A DNA stretch of 64,000 nucleotides from a bacterium (GTDB taxonomy: Bacteria; Patescibacteriota; Minisyncoccia; Minisyncoccales; UBA10102). Within the stretch, counting starts at the first letter, position 1. Each line of letters begins with the position of its first letter. Positions 8,511-17,529 of the stretch are shown here, in pieces. The notes beneath the pieces are model-generated. The model saw only the letters and a program-made list of their open reading frames with translations. It made no database searches and had not been told where the DNA came from. The stretch is from positions 173,088 to 237,087 of the forward strand of contig JAUSJT010000004.1 in assembly GCA_030647485.1 (NCBI GenBank), read 5' to 3'. The position numbers were made by a program, and so were the translations under genes.

Positions 8511-10442
8511 ATGGCAAAAAAACCAACACAATCATCTAGTTATACCGCAAAAGATATCCAAGTCTTGGAGGGATTGGATCCTGTTAGGAAGAGACCTGCA
8601 ATGTATATTGGGTCTACTGGCTTGGATGGGCTTCATCATTTAGTGTGGGAGGTTTTAGATAATGCCATAGACGAAGCCATGGCAGGATATGCAAAGAATA
8701 TTGCTTTGTCTTTATTGCCCTCAAACAGGGTGCGTGTTATAGACGACGGGAGAGGAATCCCGGTAGAAAAGCATCCCCAGACCAAGAAATCTACCCTAGA
8801 GACCGTCATGACCATTCTGCATGCAGGAGGAAAGTTCGGAGGAGAAGCATACAAGGTATCAGGAGGCCTTCACGGAGTTGGTGTTTCTGTGGTGAACGCT
8901 CTTTCTATTTATATGAAGGCCGAGGTGTCACGAGACGGCATGCGATACGAACAGGAATATGTAAGGGGAGAGCCTAAGGGTCCTGTTAAGAAAGTAGGGA
9001 GTTCAAAGGGGACTGGCACTGCCGTGCTATTTGAGGCGGATCCCGAAATCTTCAAAGAGATCAAATTTGACGCCAAAAAAATCAAGGACCATTTGCGCCA
9101 GCAAGCATACCTAACTTCAGGAGTATGCATTACGTTTGTTGACGAGCGAGACGAGCAAAAAAAAGAAACCTACGCTTTCTATTTTGAAGGAGCTCTGGCC
9201 TCTTACGTAGACTACCTTACAAGGGGCATGACTTCCGAGCATGAAAACATATTCTATGCAAAGGGAGAACGGGATGGCATTGTAGTAGAAGCAGCATTTC
9301 GTTACACAAAGGAATTTGAGATCTATGAAGAGAGCTTTGCAAACAATATAATTACTCCGGAAGGAGGGACGCATCTTACAGGTTTTCGTTCTGCGCTTAC
9401 CCGTACGCTCAATGATTACGCAAAAAAGAACAACATTCTCAAAGGAGAAGATACTCTTACGGGGGATGATGTAAGAGAGGGCATGACCGTGGTGGTGTCA
9501 ATAAAAATTAGAGAACCTCAATTTGAGGGCCAGACAAAAGCAAAACTAGGAAACCCTGAAGCCAAAACCGTGGTAGAGACCATAGTCACAGAGACCCTGA
9601 ATGATTTCCTTGAACGGAACCCGCAAGACGCCAGAGCTATTTTAGAGAAATGCCTTTTGGCTTCTAAGGCACGACAGGCTGCAAAAGCAGCGCGCCAGAC
9701 CGTGTTGCGTAAGGGAATCTTGGAGGGCCTCGCTCTTCCTGGAAAACTTGCAGACTGTTCTTCAAAAGATCCCGAAGAATCAGAATTATACTTAGTAGAA
9801 GGAGAGTCAGCAGGAGGTTCAGGTAAGCAGGCCCGAGACCGAAAATTCCAGGCCATACTGCCCCTTCGAGGGAAGATTCTAAACGTAGAACGAGCGCGCC
9901 TAGACAAGATCCTTTCTTCTAAAGAAATACGTTCTTTGGTTATTGCTTTGGGCACTGCCATTGCAGAAGATTTTGATATTGAAAAGCTTCGTTATCACCG
10001 CATTATTATCATGGCTGACGCGGATTCTGATGGAAACCACATCCGCACGCTTATCCTTACCTTGTTCTATCGATATTTTAAGCCATTGATTGAGCATGGA
10101 TACCTGTATATCGCCCAGCCTCCTCTGTATAAAATACAGGTGGGAAAACATATAGGGTATGCCTACACGGAAGATCAGAAAGAAAAAGTGGTGGCAGGGC
10201 TAATAAAACAGGCAGGATCTGGCAAGCCAAACATTCAGCGCTACAAGGGTTTGGGAGAAATGAACCCAGAAGAGCTTTGGGAGACTACTATGAACCCTCA
10301 AAACCGCATTCTTCTTCAAGTTACCATTGAGAACGGTAAAGAAGCAGACCGTATTTTTGACATCTTGATGGGGGACGAAGTGCTACCCCGCAAGAAGTTT
10401 ATCCAAACCTACGCTAAGAGTGTGAAGAACCTTGACATTTAG
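8511..10442 (+). CDS. gyrB: DNA gyrase subunit B
   Basis: GHKL ATPase (HHLVWEVLDNAIDE) and Toprim (LVEGESAGGS, PLRGKILNVE, IMADADSDGNHI). Confidence 0.97.
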   Translation: MAKKPTQSSSYTAKDIQVLEGLDPVRKRPAMYIGSTGLDGLHHLVWEVLDNAIDEAMAGYAKNIALSLLPSNRVRVIDDGRGIPVEKHPQTKKSTLETVMTILHAGGKFGGEAYKVSGGLHGVGVSVVNALSIYMKAEVSRDGMRYEQEYVRGEPKGPVKKVGSSKGTGTAVLFEADPEIFKEIKFDAKKIKDHLRQQAYLTSGVCITFVDERDEQKKETYAFYFEGALASYVDYLTRGMTSEHENIFYAKGERDGIVVEAAFRYTKEFEIYEESFANNIITPEGGTHLTGFRSALTRTLNDYAKKNNILKGEDTLTGDDVREGMTVVVSIKIREPQFEGQTKAKLGNPEAKTVVETIVTETLNDFLERNPQDARAILEKCLLASKARQAAKAARQTVLRKGILEGLALPGKLADCSSKDPEESELYLVEGESAGGSGKQARDRKFQAILPLRGKILNVERARLDKILSSKEIRSLVIALGTAIAEDFDIEKLRYHRIIIMADADSDGNHIRTLILTLFYRYFKPLIEHGYLYIAQPPLYKIQVGKHIGYAYTEDQKEKVVAGLIKQAGSGKPNIQRYKGLGEMNPEELWETTMNPQNRILLQVTIENGKEADRIFDILMGDEVLPRKKFIQTYAKSVKNLDI

Positions 10443-10541
10443 AGATAGATATGCTATTGTAATTTTACAGAAAAAGGGGTGTAAAATTCTCATCGACTAG
10501 TTTCGATGTTACGCCCTAAGCACTTTTACAGGGAGGAAAAG

Positions 10542-11264
10542 ATGTCAGCAGTCACTCTTCATGAGGGTGCCCAACGAACTGGACCGACAGAGACGGTCGG
10601 TGTATTCTGCGGATATTCAGAGCGAGGTGCCAGGCGAGCAGTAAAAACCGCCGAGGGGAAACTTTATACGGTAAGCAGTTGGCGTAGAACAAGCACCGGA
10701 GGAAGGGAATCCTTAGAAGTGGATTACCTTCCAGAATCTAAGCCGGTGGCAAAGTTCTGTTACCTTCCCGGATATGGAGGGAGAAGGAAAAGCTTTTTCC
10801 TTTTTCCGATACCGGGGAACTTTGAAGGGATCCGTCCCACGCGGAGGATGATGCGTCAGGGAGGAGCCACCTACTTAGACTTTCCTTCTTATCTTCTTGC
10901 AGTCCAGTGGGGAAGGAAGTCATCAGCTTATCTGCTTGTCGTGCAACAGTCGTGTCGGGAGGACGAATGGATCCGTGGCCTCAAAACCTCTGAGTGGACC
11001 GCCACTGCTTTTAATCAGATCCTCCAGGGAAAGGAAGACGAGGTTGCCGCCCTCAGAAGTCTAGAAGAATACTTAGATATACTGAGGAAGGCGCAGGATA
11101 CAGACTTTCCCGGCATCTCTACCTTCGTTAGGCTTACTCTGGAACGCTTACCTTCCATGCCTTCTGGTATGAATGTTAGAGACTTAGGCTGGGGGGCTAC
11201 TACAGTGTTACAGCAAGGCCTCCCCAGACCGCCAAACCCTTTTTATAGCAAGGAGGTTGTATAG
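10542..11264 (+). CDS. hypothetical protein (orphan)
   Basis: Long ORF. ATG at 10542 is preceded by GGGAGGA. No motif recognised. R/G/W-rich, with G/C-ending codons unlike its neighbours. Confidence 0.5.
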   Translation: MSAVTLHEGAQRTGPTETVGVFCGYSERGARRAVKTAEGKLYTVSSWRRTSTGGRESLEVDYLPESKPVAKFCYLPGYGGRRKSFFLFPIPGNFEGIRPTRRMMRQGGATYLDFPSYLLAVQWGRKSSAYLLVVQQSCREDEWIRGLKTSEWTATAFNQILQGKEDEVAALRSLEEYLDILRKAQDTDFPGISTFVRLTLERLPSMPSGMNVRDLGWGATTVLQQGLPRPPNPFYSKEVV

Positions 11265-11287
11265 AGAGCAAGTAAAAGGCAAAAGGG

Positions 11288-11331
11288 CCCCGAGAAGAGA
11301 GTGAAAACTTTCTCGGGGCTTGACTTTTTTT
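11288..11331 (+). terminator. terminator hairpin
   Basis: CCCCGAGAA..TTCTCGGGG stem followed by a T-run. The stem sequence is shared with the terminator at 28272. Confidence 0.6.
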
Positions 11332-11398
11332 GACGAAGGTATAAAAATAGAAGTATGAAGAAAGTGAGGCCTAGAGGCCTTTTTAGATAGAAAAACGC

Positions 11399-11593
11399 AT
11401 GACATCTATATTTGGGAAAATCCTCCTGTTTTTAAAGGAGGTACAGCTTGAGACAAAAAAAGTTAATTGGCCCAAAAGGCAAGACACCATAAAGAGCACT
11501 GTCATTGTGATTCTGTTTTCTGTTGTGGTTGCCATGATTTTGAGCCTTTTTGACCTTGCCTTTACTTCTTTGATGAAGCGTTTTATCTTGTAG
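11399..11593 (+). CDS. secE: preprotein translocase subunit SecE
   Basis: 64 aa. KKVNWPKRQDT followed by a single TM helix. Located immediately upstream of nusG. Confidence 0.8.
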   Translation: MTSIFGKILLFLKEVQLETKKVNWPKRQDTIKSTVIVILFSVVVAMILSLFDLAFTSLMKRFIL

Positions 11594-11614
11594 AAATTTA
11601 TGTATAATAAATTT

Positions 11615-11682
11615 AGGTTTCCCCCGTGTAGGAAATTATTCAAAACCGAGGGTTTTGAAAAGAGGGGGGTCGGGGGAAACCT
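11615..11682 (+). repeat. SR element copy B
   Basis: AGGTTTCCCCCG-TGTAGGAAA..CAAAACC-GAG-GGTTTTG..GGGGGGTCGGGGGAAACCT. The outer stem is a perfect 12 bp. Confidence 0.7.
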
Positions 11683-11693
11683 TGTGAACGTGT

Positions 11694-12239
11694 ATGCCTA
11701 AACAACAAATCACCCAGGAACGCAATTGGTACGTTATTCATACGTACTCTGGCTATGAAGATGCGGTAGCGCGCAATCTCAAGCAAAGGATTGAATCCTT
11801 GGGCATGGAAGACAAGATATTCCAGGTATTGGTTCCAAAGGAGAAAAAGATTAAGATTAAGAATGGAAAGCGCAAGCTCATTGAAGAGAAGATTTATCCA
11901 GGGTATGTCCTCGTGGAAATGGTTGTGACTGACGATTCCTGGTACGTAGTACGGAATACTCCCAACGTAACTGGATTCGTGGGAGCGGGAACCACTCCTA
12001 TTCCCGTATCTACCGATGAAATAGAGTATCTGAAAAAGCGCATGGGGACAGATACTCCCCAGTACGACATCCAAGTGACCATAGGAGACGTGGTTAAAAT
12101 AACTGACGGCCCATTCAAAGATTTTGAGGGAAAAGTGTCTGCAATAGACCAAGAGCGCGGCAAGATAAAAGTGCTGGTCAATATGTTTGGCCGAGACACT
12201 CCCGTAGAGCTAGACTCCTTACAGATTAAAAAATTGTAA
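11694..12239 (+). CDS. nusG: transcription antitermination factor NusG
   Basis: NGN domain (WYVIHTYSGYE) and KOW motif (GDVVKITDGPFKDFEGKV). Confidence 0.95.
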   Translation: MPKQQITQERNWYVIHTYSGYEDAVARNLKQRIESLGMEDKIFQVLVPKEKKIKIKNGKRKLIEEKIYPGYVLVEMVVTDDSWYVVRNTPNVTGFVGAGTTPIPVSTDEIEYLKKRMGTDTPQYDIQVTIGDVVKITDGPFKDFEGKVSAIDQERGKIKVLVNMFGRDTPVELDSLQIKKL

Positions 12240-12317
12240 TCAGCTTGTAGCTAGTAGCTTGTAGCTTTTTAGGAAAGAATTTCTACAACCTACAAGCTAA
12301 TTCCTACAACCTCGCTT

Positions 12318-12740
12318 ATGGCAAAGAAAATAAAAGCAGTAGTCAAACTTCATATCGCCGCAGGAAAGGCGACCCCGGCTCCTCCCGTAGGCCCTGCCTT
12401 GGCTCAACACGGAGTAAATATTGGGGAGTTCTGTTCTAAGTTCAACGAAGCCACAAAGGCAAACGAGGGTTTTAAGATTCCTGTAGACATTACCATATAC
12501 GAAGACCGAAGCTACCAGTTTAAACTTCATGAGCCTCCCGCAGCCCAGTTGATCAAAAAGGCCATGAGTCTTGAAAAAGGTTCGGGTACTCCAAATAAAA
12601 CAAAGGTTGGAAAGATAACCCAGGCTCAATTGGCAGAAATTGCGAAAAAGAAGATGTCTGACCTCAATACCGAAGACCTAGAGCAGGCAAAGAAAACCAT
12701 TGCCGGCACTGCAAAAAGCTTAGGCATTACCGTAGAATAG
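12318..12740 (+). CDS. rplK: ribosomal protein L11
   Basis: [18 protein letters not shown] motif. 140 aa. Confidence 0.95.
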   Translation: MAKKIKAVVKLHIAAGKATPAPPVGPALAQHGVNIGEFCSKFNEATKANEGFKIPVDITIYEDRSYQFKLHEPPAAQLIKKAMSLEKGSGTPNKTKVGKITQAQLAEIAKKKMSDLNTEDLEQAKKTIAGTAKSLGITVE

Positions 12741-12745
12741 ATCCC

Positions 12746-13324
12746 ATGATTCTTTCTGATCAGGATATTAAAAAGATTATCCAAGAAGGAAAGGTGCAGG
12801 TATACCCTGCTCCAAACTTTGAAGAACAGCTTGGTCCCTGCTCTCTTGATTTGCATCTTGGGAATGTTTTTAAGGTGTTTAAACCTTCGCAATATCCCTA
12901 CCTTGACTTAAAGAGGCCCGTCAATATTGAAGATATTATGGAAGAAATAGTGATAGGTGAGAATGAGAGTCCCTTTATTCTGCAACCAAAAGATTTTGTG
13001 CTTGCTGTTACGAAAGAAAGCTTCACCTTGCCAAATGACCTCATGGCACGTCTGGACGGAAGGAGTTCTCTGGGACGATTAGGCCTTGTGGTGCATTCCA
13101 CCGCAGCGCGGTTTGACCCTGGATGGTCGGGAAAGGCGGTAATGGAATTAGGCAATATGGGAATTATGCCGGTTGTTCTCTATACTGGCATGAGGGTATG
13201 CGCTCTTACATTTGAAATGCTTTCGAGTGCTTCTCAGAGTCCTTATGGCTCCAAAGCAACGCACAAATACGCTTCTCAAGAAAAGCCTCAAGCAAGCAAA
13301 ATCAATAAGGAATTCACTCAATAG
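12746..13324 (+). CDS. dcd: dCTP deaminase
   Basis: Collinear with E. coli Dcd (DGRSSLGRLGLVVHSTAARFDPGWSG). Confidence 0.9.
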   Translation: MILSDQDIKKIIQEGKVQVYPAPNFEEQLGPCSLDLHLGNVFKVFKPSQYPYLDLKRPVNIEDIMEEIVIGENESPFILQPKDFVLAVTKESFTLPNDLMARLDGRSSLGRLGLVVHSTAARFDPGWSGKAVMELGNMGIMPVVLYTGMRVCALTFEMLSSASQSPYGSKATHKYASQEKPQASKINKEFTQ

Positions 13325-13330
13325 TAATGA

Positions 13331-13357
13331 AAAGCCCGCCTACATGGCGGGTTTTTC
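13331..13357. terminator. bidirectional terminator between dcd and thyA
   Basis: CCCGCC-TACAT-GGCGGG flanked by an A-run and a T-run. Confidence 0.7.
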
Positions 13358-13364
13358 GTATACA

Positions 13365-14351
13365 CTATTCTGCCATTTTACCTGTCGTGGGGTCGTATAA
13401 TCCGCCGGCAACCGTCAGCTCTCCTTTTATTGGAGGATGCGCTTCGTATCCCTCAAGAGTCACCATTTCCGGCCTAAAGTCATCTATATCCTTAAGCAAA
13501 GGGTCAATATGAACTTTAGGAAAGGGCTTTGGTTCTCGAGCGAGCTGTTCTTTTACCTGCTCTATATGATTTTCATATACGTGGTAGTCTCCAAACGTAT
13601 GGATAAATTCTCCTGGTCTATACCCAGTCACTTGAGCAAGGATAATCGTTAAGAGTGCGTAGCTCGCAATGTTAAATGGTACCCCTAGAAAGAGATCAGC
13701 TGAACGTTGATAAAGCTGGAGCGAAAGTTTGCCATCCCTTTGAGAAAATTGGTACATATTATGGCATATGGGGAAACGGCAGGCATCCTCGTTAGTTGCC
13801 ATAGTATAGAGATATTCTGGATTCCAAGAATTTATAATTAAGTTCTTCGCGTCTGGATCATCTTTGAGTTCTTGTATTGCCCATTTAAGCTGGTCAACGG
13901 TTCTTCCCGGCGTTCGTGTAGGCCACCGTCTCCACATTTCTCCATATATACGAGGCAATTCACCATATTCTTTGGCAAACGCAGGATCCTTGCCTATCTT
14001 TTCAATAAATTCTTCTTTGGTTAATTCGGGGAGTGAGTTTTGTTTTGCATTCCTTTTGTAAATTTTATACGGATAGTCGTCCCATATATGGACATTATTG
14101 TCCACTAGATACTTAATATTCGAGTTCCCAGACAAAAACCAGAAAAGCTCGTGCAACACTCCTTTCCAGTATACTTTCTTGGTAGTGAGCAAGGGAAAAT
14201 CCTGCGACAAATCATACCGTATTTGACTGCCAAAAAGGCTGTACAAAACAATGTTTGTGCCACGGTCTACCTTCTTTGCCCCTTTTTCGAGAGCATCTTT
14301 AAGTAAATTGAGATATTGGTATTCTGGATGCATTATGATACTATACCACAA
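13365..14351 (-). CDS. thyA: thymidylate synthase ThyA
   Basis: FPLLTTKKV, INSWNP, CHNMYQF, LYQRSADLFLGVPFNIASYALL motifs. Confidence 0.95.
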   Translation of the reverse strand: MWYSIIMHPEYQYLNLLKDALEKGAKKVDRGTNIVLYSLFGSQIRYDLSQDFPLLTTKKVYWKGVLHELFWFLSGNSNIKYLVDNNVHIWDDYPYKIYKRNAKQNSLPELTKEEFIEKIGKDPAFAKEYGELPRIYGEMWRRWPTRTPGRTVDQLKWAIQELKDDPDAKNLIINSWNPEYLYTMATNEDACRFPICHNMYQFSQRDGKLSLQLYQRSADLFLGVPFNIASYALLTIILAQVTGYRPGEFIHTFGDYHVYENHIEQVKEQLAREPKPFPKVHIDPLLKDIDDFRPEMVTLEGYEAHPPIKGELTVAGGLYDPTTGKMAE

Positions 14352-14866
14352 TGAAAGTTTTCATTATAGCAGCCCTTTCCGCAGACGGGTTTATAGCCAA
14401 GAATCCTGGCCAATCAACATTAACATGGAGAAGTAAGGGAGATAGACAGTTTTTTATCGCAAAGACAAAAGAAGCTAGGGTGGTGGTTATGGGTCTAAAC
14501 ACTGCTAAAACCTCCAAGCGACCTATGCCAGACCGCCTAAACATCATCTACGCAAAGAGCAAAGAGGAGCTTCCTCACTGGCAAGAGTTTGAAGGATGGG
14601 AAGTTACGCAGAAAGATCCTGCCTCTCTTATACAAGAAATCACAGAAAGGGGATACGATCAAGTCGCAATTTGCGGAGGTTCCACCATATACACCATGTT
14701 TATGCAGGCTGGCGTTGTAGGCACCTTGTACCTTACCATAGAGCCAGTGCTCTTTGGACAGGGCATGAATCTTTTCAATAAAGAAGTGGATAAAAATCTT
14801 ACCCTTATCTCAACAACAAAATTAGAAGATAATACATTGCTTCTTGAATATGGTGTTGGGCATTGA
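14351..14866 (+). CDS. folA: dihydrofolate reductase family protein (RibD_C-like)
   Basis: MKVFIIAALSADGFIA N-terminus and GGSTIY motif. Divergently adjacent to thyA. Confidence 0.65.
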   Translation: MKVFIIAALSADGFIAKNPGQSTLTWRSKGDRQFFIAKTKEARVVVMGLNTAKTSKRPMPDRLNIIYAKSKEELPHWQEFEGWEVTQKDPASLIQEITERGYDQVAICGGSTIYTMFMQAGVVGTLYLTIEPVLFGQGMNLFNKEVDKNLTLISTTKLEDNTLLLEYGVGH

Positions 14867-15389
14867 ACAACTTCATACGCTTGTAAAAGAGAAAGGTCTT
14901 GTTACAAACCTTTCCGAACGAGAATTAACAAATCCAGAAGGAGCTGGGTTTGATTTACGGATAGGGGAGTTATACGAGGTTTCGGGCCAGGGATTGCTTG
15001 GGGTTACAGAACGGGAAACCCCCGAGATGAAACTCATTGCAAAATATAAAGAGGGTAAAACTACTGAAGTTCAGCTAAAGCCCGGCGTCTATTACCTTAT
15101 GAAAACCATGGAAGATGTGAATATGCCAGAAGATCTCTTAGCGATTATGACCCCGCGTTCTACTCTGTTTCGTTCTGGGGTATATATCTTTGGGGGTCAA
15201 GTTCCCCCAGGATACAAGGGGGGGCTCAATATGGGCATATATAACTACCGAGACACCGATTTTCGCTTAGAGATGGGAGCAAGAGTTGTCCATATCATGT
15301 TTTTTGAAGTAAAGGGGAAAGGGAATCTATATCGGGGCCAATGGCAGGGGGGGAGAACCACTACAGACAAAAAAGAAACTCAAGTATGA
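14844..15389 (+). CDS. dCTP deaminase/dUTPase-superfamily paralog
   Basis: GAGFDLRIGE, MTPRSTLFRSG and GYKGGLNMG motifs of the trimeric dUTPase fold. Second family member in this cluster. Confidence 0.65.
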   Translation: MNMVLGIEQLHTLVKEKGLVTNLSERELTNPEGAGFDLRIGELYEVSGQGLLGVTERETPEMKLIAKYKEGKTTEVQLKPGVYYLMKTMEDVNMPEDLLAIMTPRSTLFRSGVYIFGGQVPPGYKGGLNMGIYNYRDTDFRLEMGARVVHIMFFEVKGKGNLYRGQWQGGRTTTDKKETQV

Positions 15390-16060
15390 TAAAGAAGCTT
15401 TACCCTGGGAAATTTATCGTATTTGAAGGTATCGATGGGGCTGGAAAAACCACCCAGACCAATCTCCTGATACGACATTTGAAAAGAGCCAAAAAGAAGG
15501 TGGCTTTCATTCATTTTCCCCAATACCAAACCAAGTCGGGCGGCCTTGCTGAAAACTACTTGCAAGGGAAGTACGGTAAGATTGATCCTTATCAAGCCTC
15601 CGTGTTCTATGCAGCAGACCGGTTTGATGGAGGATTCCGTATTAAGCAGTGGCTCCGTGACGGATACATTGTGGTGGCAGACCGATACTGGGCTTCCAAT
15701 ATTGGACACCAGGGCGGGAAAATACAGAATAAACGGGAACGGGAAAAATTCTTTCGCTGGTTATATCACTTTGAGTATAAGTTGTTCAACATCCCCAAAC
15801 CAAACATTTCCTTTCTTTTAAACATGCCTCCTCGCGTTGCCCAGCAACTCAGCATCAAGCACACAAAAGAGCAGGGAGAGAAACCCGATATTCACGAGAA
15901 AAGCATTGTGCATTTGCAGAATGCCGACCGGGCATACCAACACGCTTTGGTATTCTTCAAAGACGGCTTTCGTATGATACATAGCATGGCAGGAAAAAAA
16001 CTGAGAACTCCCAAAGACATACACCAGGAAATATGGGGCAAGATACAAAAGCTTCTATGA
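15386..16060 (+). CDS. tmk: thymidylate kinase
   Basis: P-loop FEGIDGAGKTTQ and ADRY motif. ATG at 15386 overlaps the upstream stop (ATGA). Confidence 0.9.
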   Translation: MIKKLYPGKFIVFEGIDGAGKTTQTNLLIRHLKRAKKKVAFIHFPQYQTKSGGLAENYLQGKYGKIDPYQASVFYAADRFDGGFRIKQWLRDGYIVVADRYWASNIGHQGGKIQNKREREKFFRWLYHFEYKLFNIPKPNISFLLNMPPRVAQQLSIKHTKEQGEKPDIHEKSIVHLQNADRAYQHALVFFKDGFRMIHSMAGKKLRTPKDIHQEIWGKIQKLL

Positions 16061-17511
16061 ACTATATCCCTACCATAGGCCTGGAAATTCACGCGGAGCT
16101 CAAAACAAAGAGCAAGATGTTTTGCTCGTGCAAGAACGATCCTCTAGAACAACATCCAAACGTGAACATTTGCCCTATATGCATGGCGCACCCAGGAACG
16201 CTTCCTGTGGCGAATAAAGATGCAATTTATAAGGTGATGCAAGTTGGGCTTGCTTTGGGATGTACAATTTCCGAAAGATCAAAGTTTGATCGCAAGAACT
16301 ACTTTTACCCCGATCTTCCCAAGGGGTACCAGATAAGCCAGTATGACATGCCCTTTTGCAAAGGAGGAAAGCTGAAGATAGGGGAAAGAGATGTTCAAAT
16401 CACCAGAGTTCATTTAGAAGAGGATACCGGGAGATTGGCACATCCGGTTGGAGCAGAATACTCTTTAGTGGATTTTAATAGGGCAGGAGTGCCTTTAATG
16501 GAGTTGGTAACAGAACCCGACATCACTTCCGCAAAAGAGGCCTCTGCCTTTGCCCAAGAATTGCAGCTTATACTGCGATATCTTGGCGTTTCAGATGCAG
16601 ATATGGAAAGGGGGCAAATGAGAGTTGAGGCAAATATTTCAGTGCGGCCAGAAGGACAAGAGAAACTGGGCACGAAAGTGGAGGTTAAAAACCTCAACTC
16701 ATTTAGGTCTGTTCATGACGCCATTGAATTTGAGATTAAGAGGCAGACAGAAGCTCTTGATTCAAGAACCAAGGTTATACAGGTAACAATGGGGTGGAAT
16801 TCAACTACTGGAGCTACGTTTGTTCAAAGAGAAAAGGAATCTGCGCATGATTATCGGTATTTCCCTGAACCAGATCTTCCGCCTCTTCGCTTTTCTAAAG
16901 AGCAGATACGAACCCTGCAGGTACAGCTTCCCGAGCTTCCTCAAGCAAGAAGGGGTAGATTTCAAAAAGAATATAGACTTTCTTCAAACGAGATTGAGGT
17001 TTTTGTTGGGCAAAAGGATTTGGGAGAATATTTCGAAAAAGTGATAAGCGAGTTAGGCCCCAATCTGTCTAAAGAACGTGTACATAAACTCATCAAACTC
17101 TCGGCAAACTATATTCTCTCTGACCTTCTAGGCCTTCTCGAGAAAGCTTCGGTGGTAGGCGAGGATTTCCTCATCACACCAGAAAACTTTGCAGAACTTG
17201 TTCTTCTTATTGAAGAAGGTAAGGTGTCGAGCGCTATCGCCAAAACAGTACTCAAAGAAATGTTTGCAAAAGGAGGAGATCCCTCTCACATCATAGAAGA
17301 CAAGGGGCTAACCCAGGTTATTGACGAAAAAAAGATTCAAAGCATTGCTCAGGAGATTATAAAAAAGAACTCTAAGGCAGTAGAAGACTACAAAAAAGGC
17401 AAAGAAAACTCTTTGCAGTTTTTGGTAGGCCAAATGATGGCTCAAACGAAAGGAACAGTTAGCCCCGACCTCGCCAACCAGATTTTGCGCACCCTCTTGA
17501 CAATAAATTAA
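16057..17511 (+). CDS. gatB: Asp/Glu-tRNA amidotransferase subunit B
   Basis: PTIGLEIHAEL, NRAGVPLMELVTEP and a C-terminal YqeY-like tail. ATG at 16057 overlaps the tmk stop. Confidence 0.95.
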   Translation: MNYIPTIGLEIHAELKTKSKMFCSCKNDPLEQHPNVNICPICMAHPGTLPVANKDAIYKVMQVGLALGCTISERSKFDRKNYFYPDLPKGYQISQYDMPFCKGGKLKIGERDVQITRVHLEEDTGRLAHPVGAEYSLVDFNRAGVPLMELVTEPDITSAKEASAFAQELQLILRYLGVSDADMERGQMRVEANISVRPEGQEKLGTKVEVKNLNSFRSVHDAIEFEIKRQTEALDSRTKVIQVTMGWNSTTGATFVQREKESAHDYRYFPEPDLPPLRFSKEQIRTLQVQLPELPQARRGRFQKEYRLSSNEIEVFVGQKDLGEYFEKVISELGPNLSKERVHKLIKLSANYILSDLLGLLEKASVVGEDFLITPENFAELVLLIEEGKVSSAIAKTVLKEMFAKGGDPSHIIEDKGLTQVIDEKKIQSIAQEIIKKNSKAVEDYKKGKENSLQFLVGQMMAQTKGTVSPDLANQILRTLLTIN

Positions 17512-17525
17512 AACGGCGCTATCGT
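17497..17525 (+). promoter_or_regulatory. candidate sigma70-type promoter inside the gatB 3' end
   Basis: TTGACA (17497-17502), 17 nt spacer, TATCGT (17520-17525). The predicted start lies near 17531. Confidence 0.35.
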
Positions 17526-17529
17526 TTTA

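Noticed and set aside
11640-12152. 170-aa minus-strand ORF ending ..GFPRPPSFQNPRF. Similar peptide ends occur in minus-strand ORFs 32008-32274, 44061-44243 and 3729-3974.
   Set aside because: The shared peptide is just the SR repeat translated. The ORFs are antisense to nusG, rpmG and other intergenic features.
12243-12312. Short repeated motifs (AGCTTGTAG / CTACAA here; five TTCGTA repeats at 31845-31888) considered as a CRISPR or microsatellite array
   Set aside because: Units are 6-9 nt with no spacer structure. They form leader hairpins or G-poor UTRs upstream of rplK and rpmG. No CRISPR-like array exists in the window.
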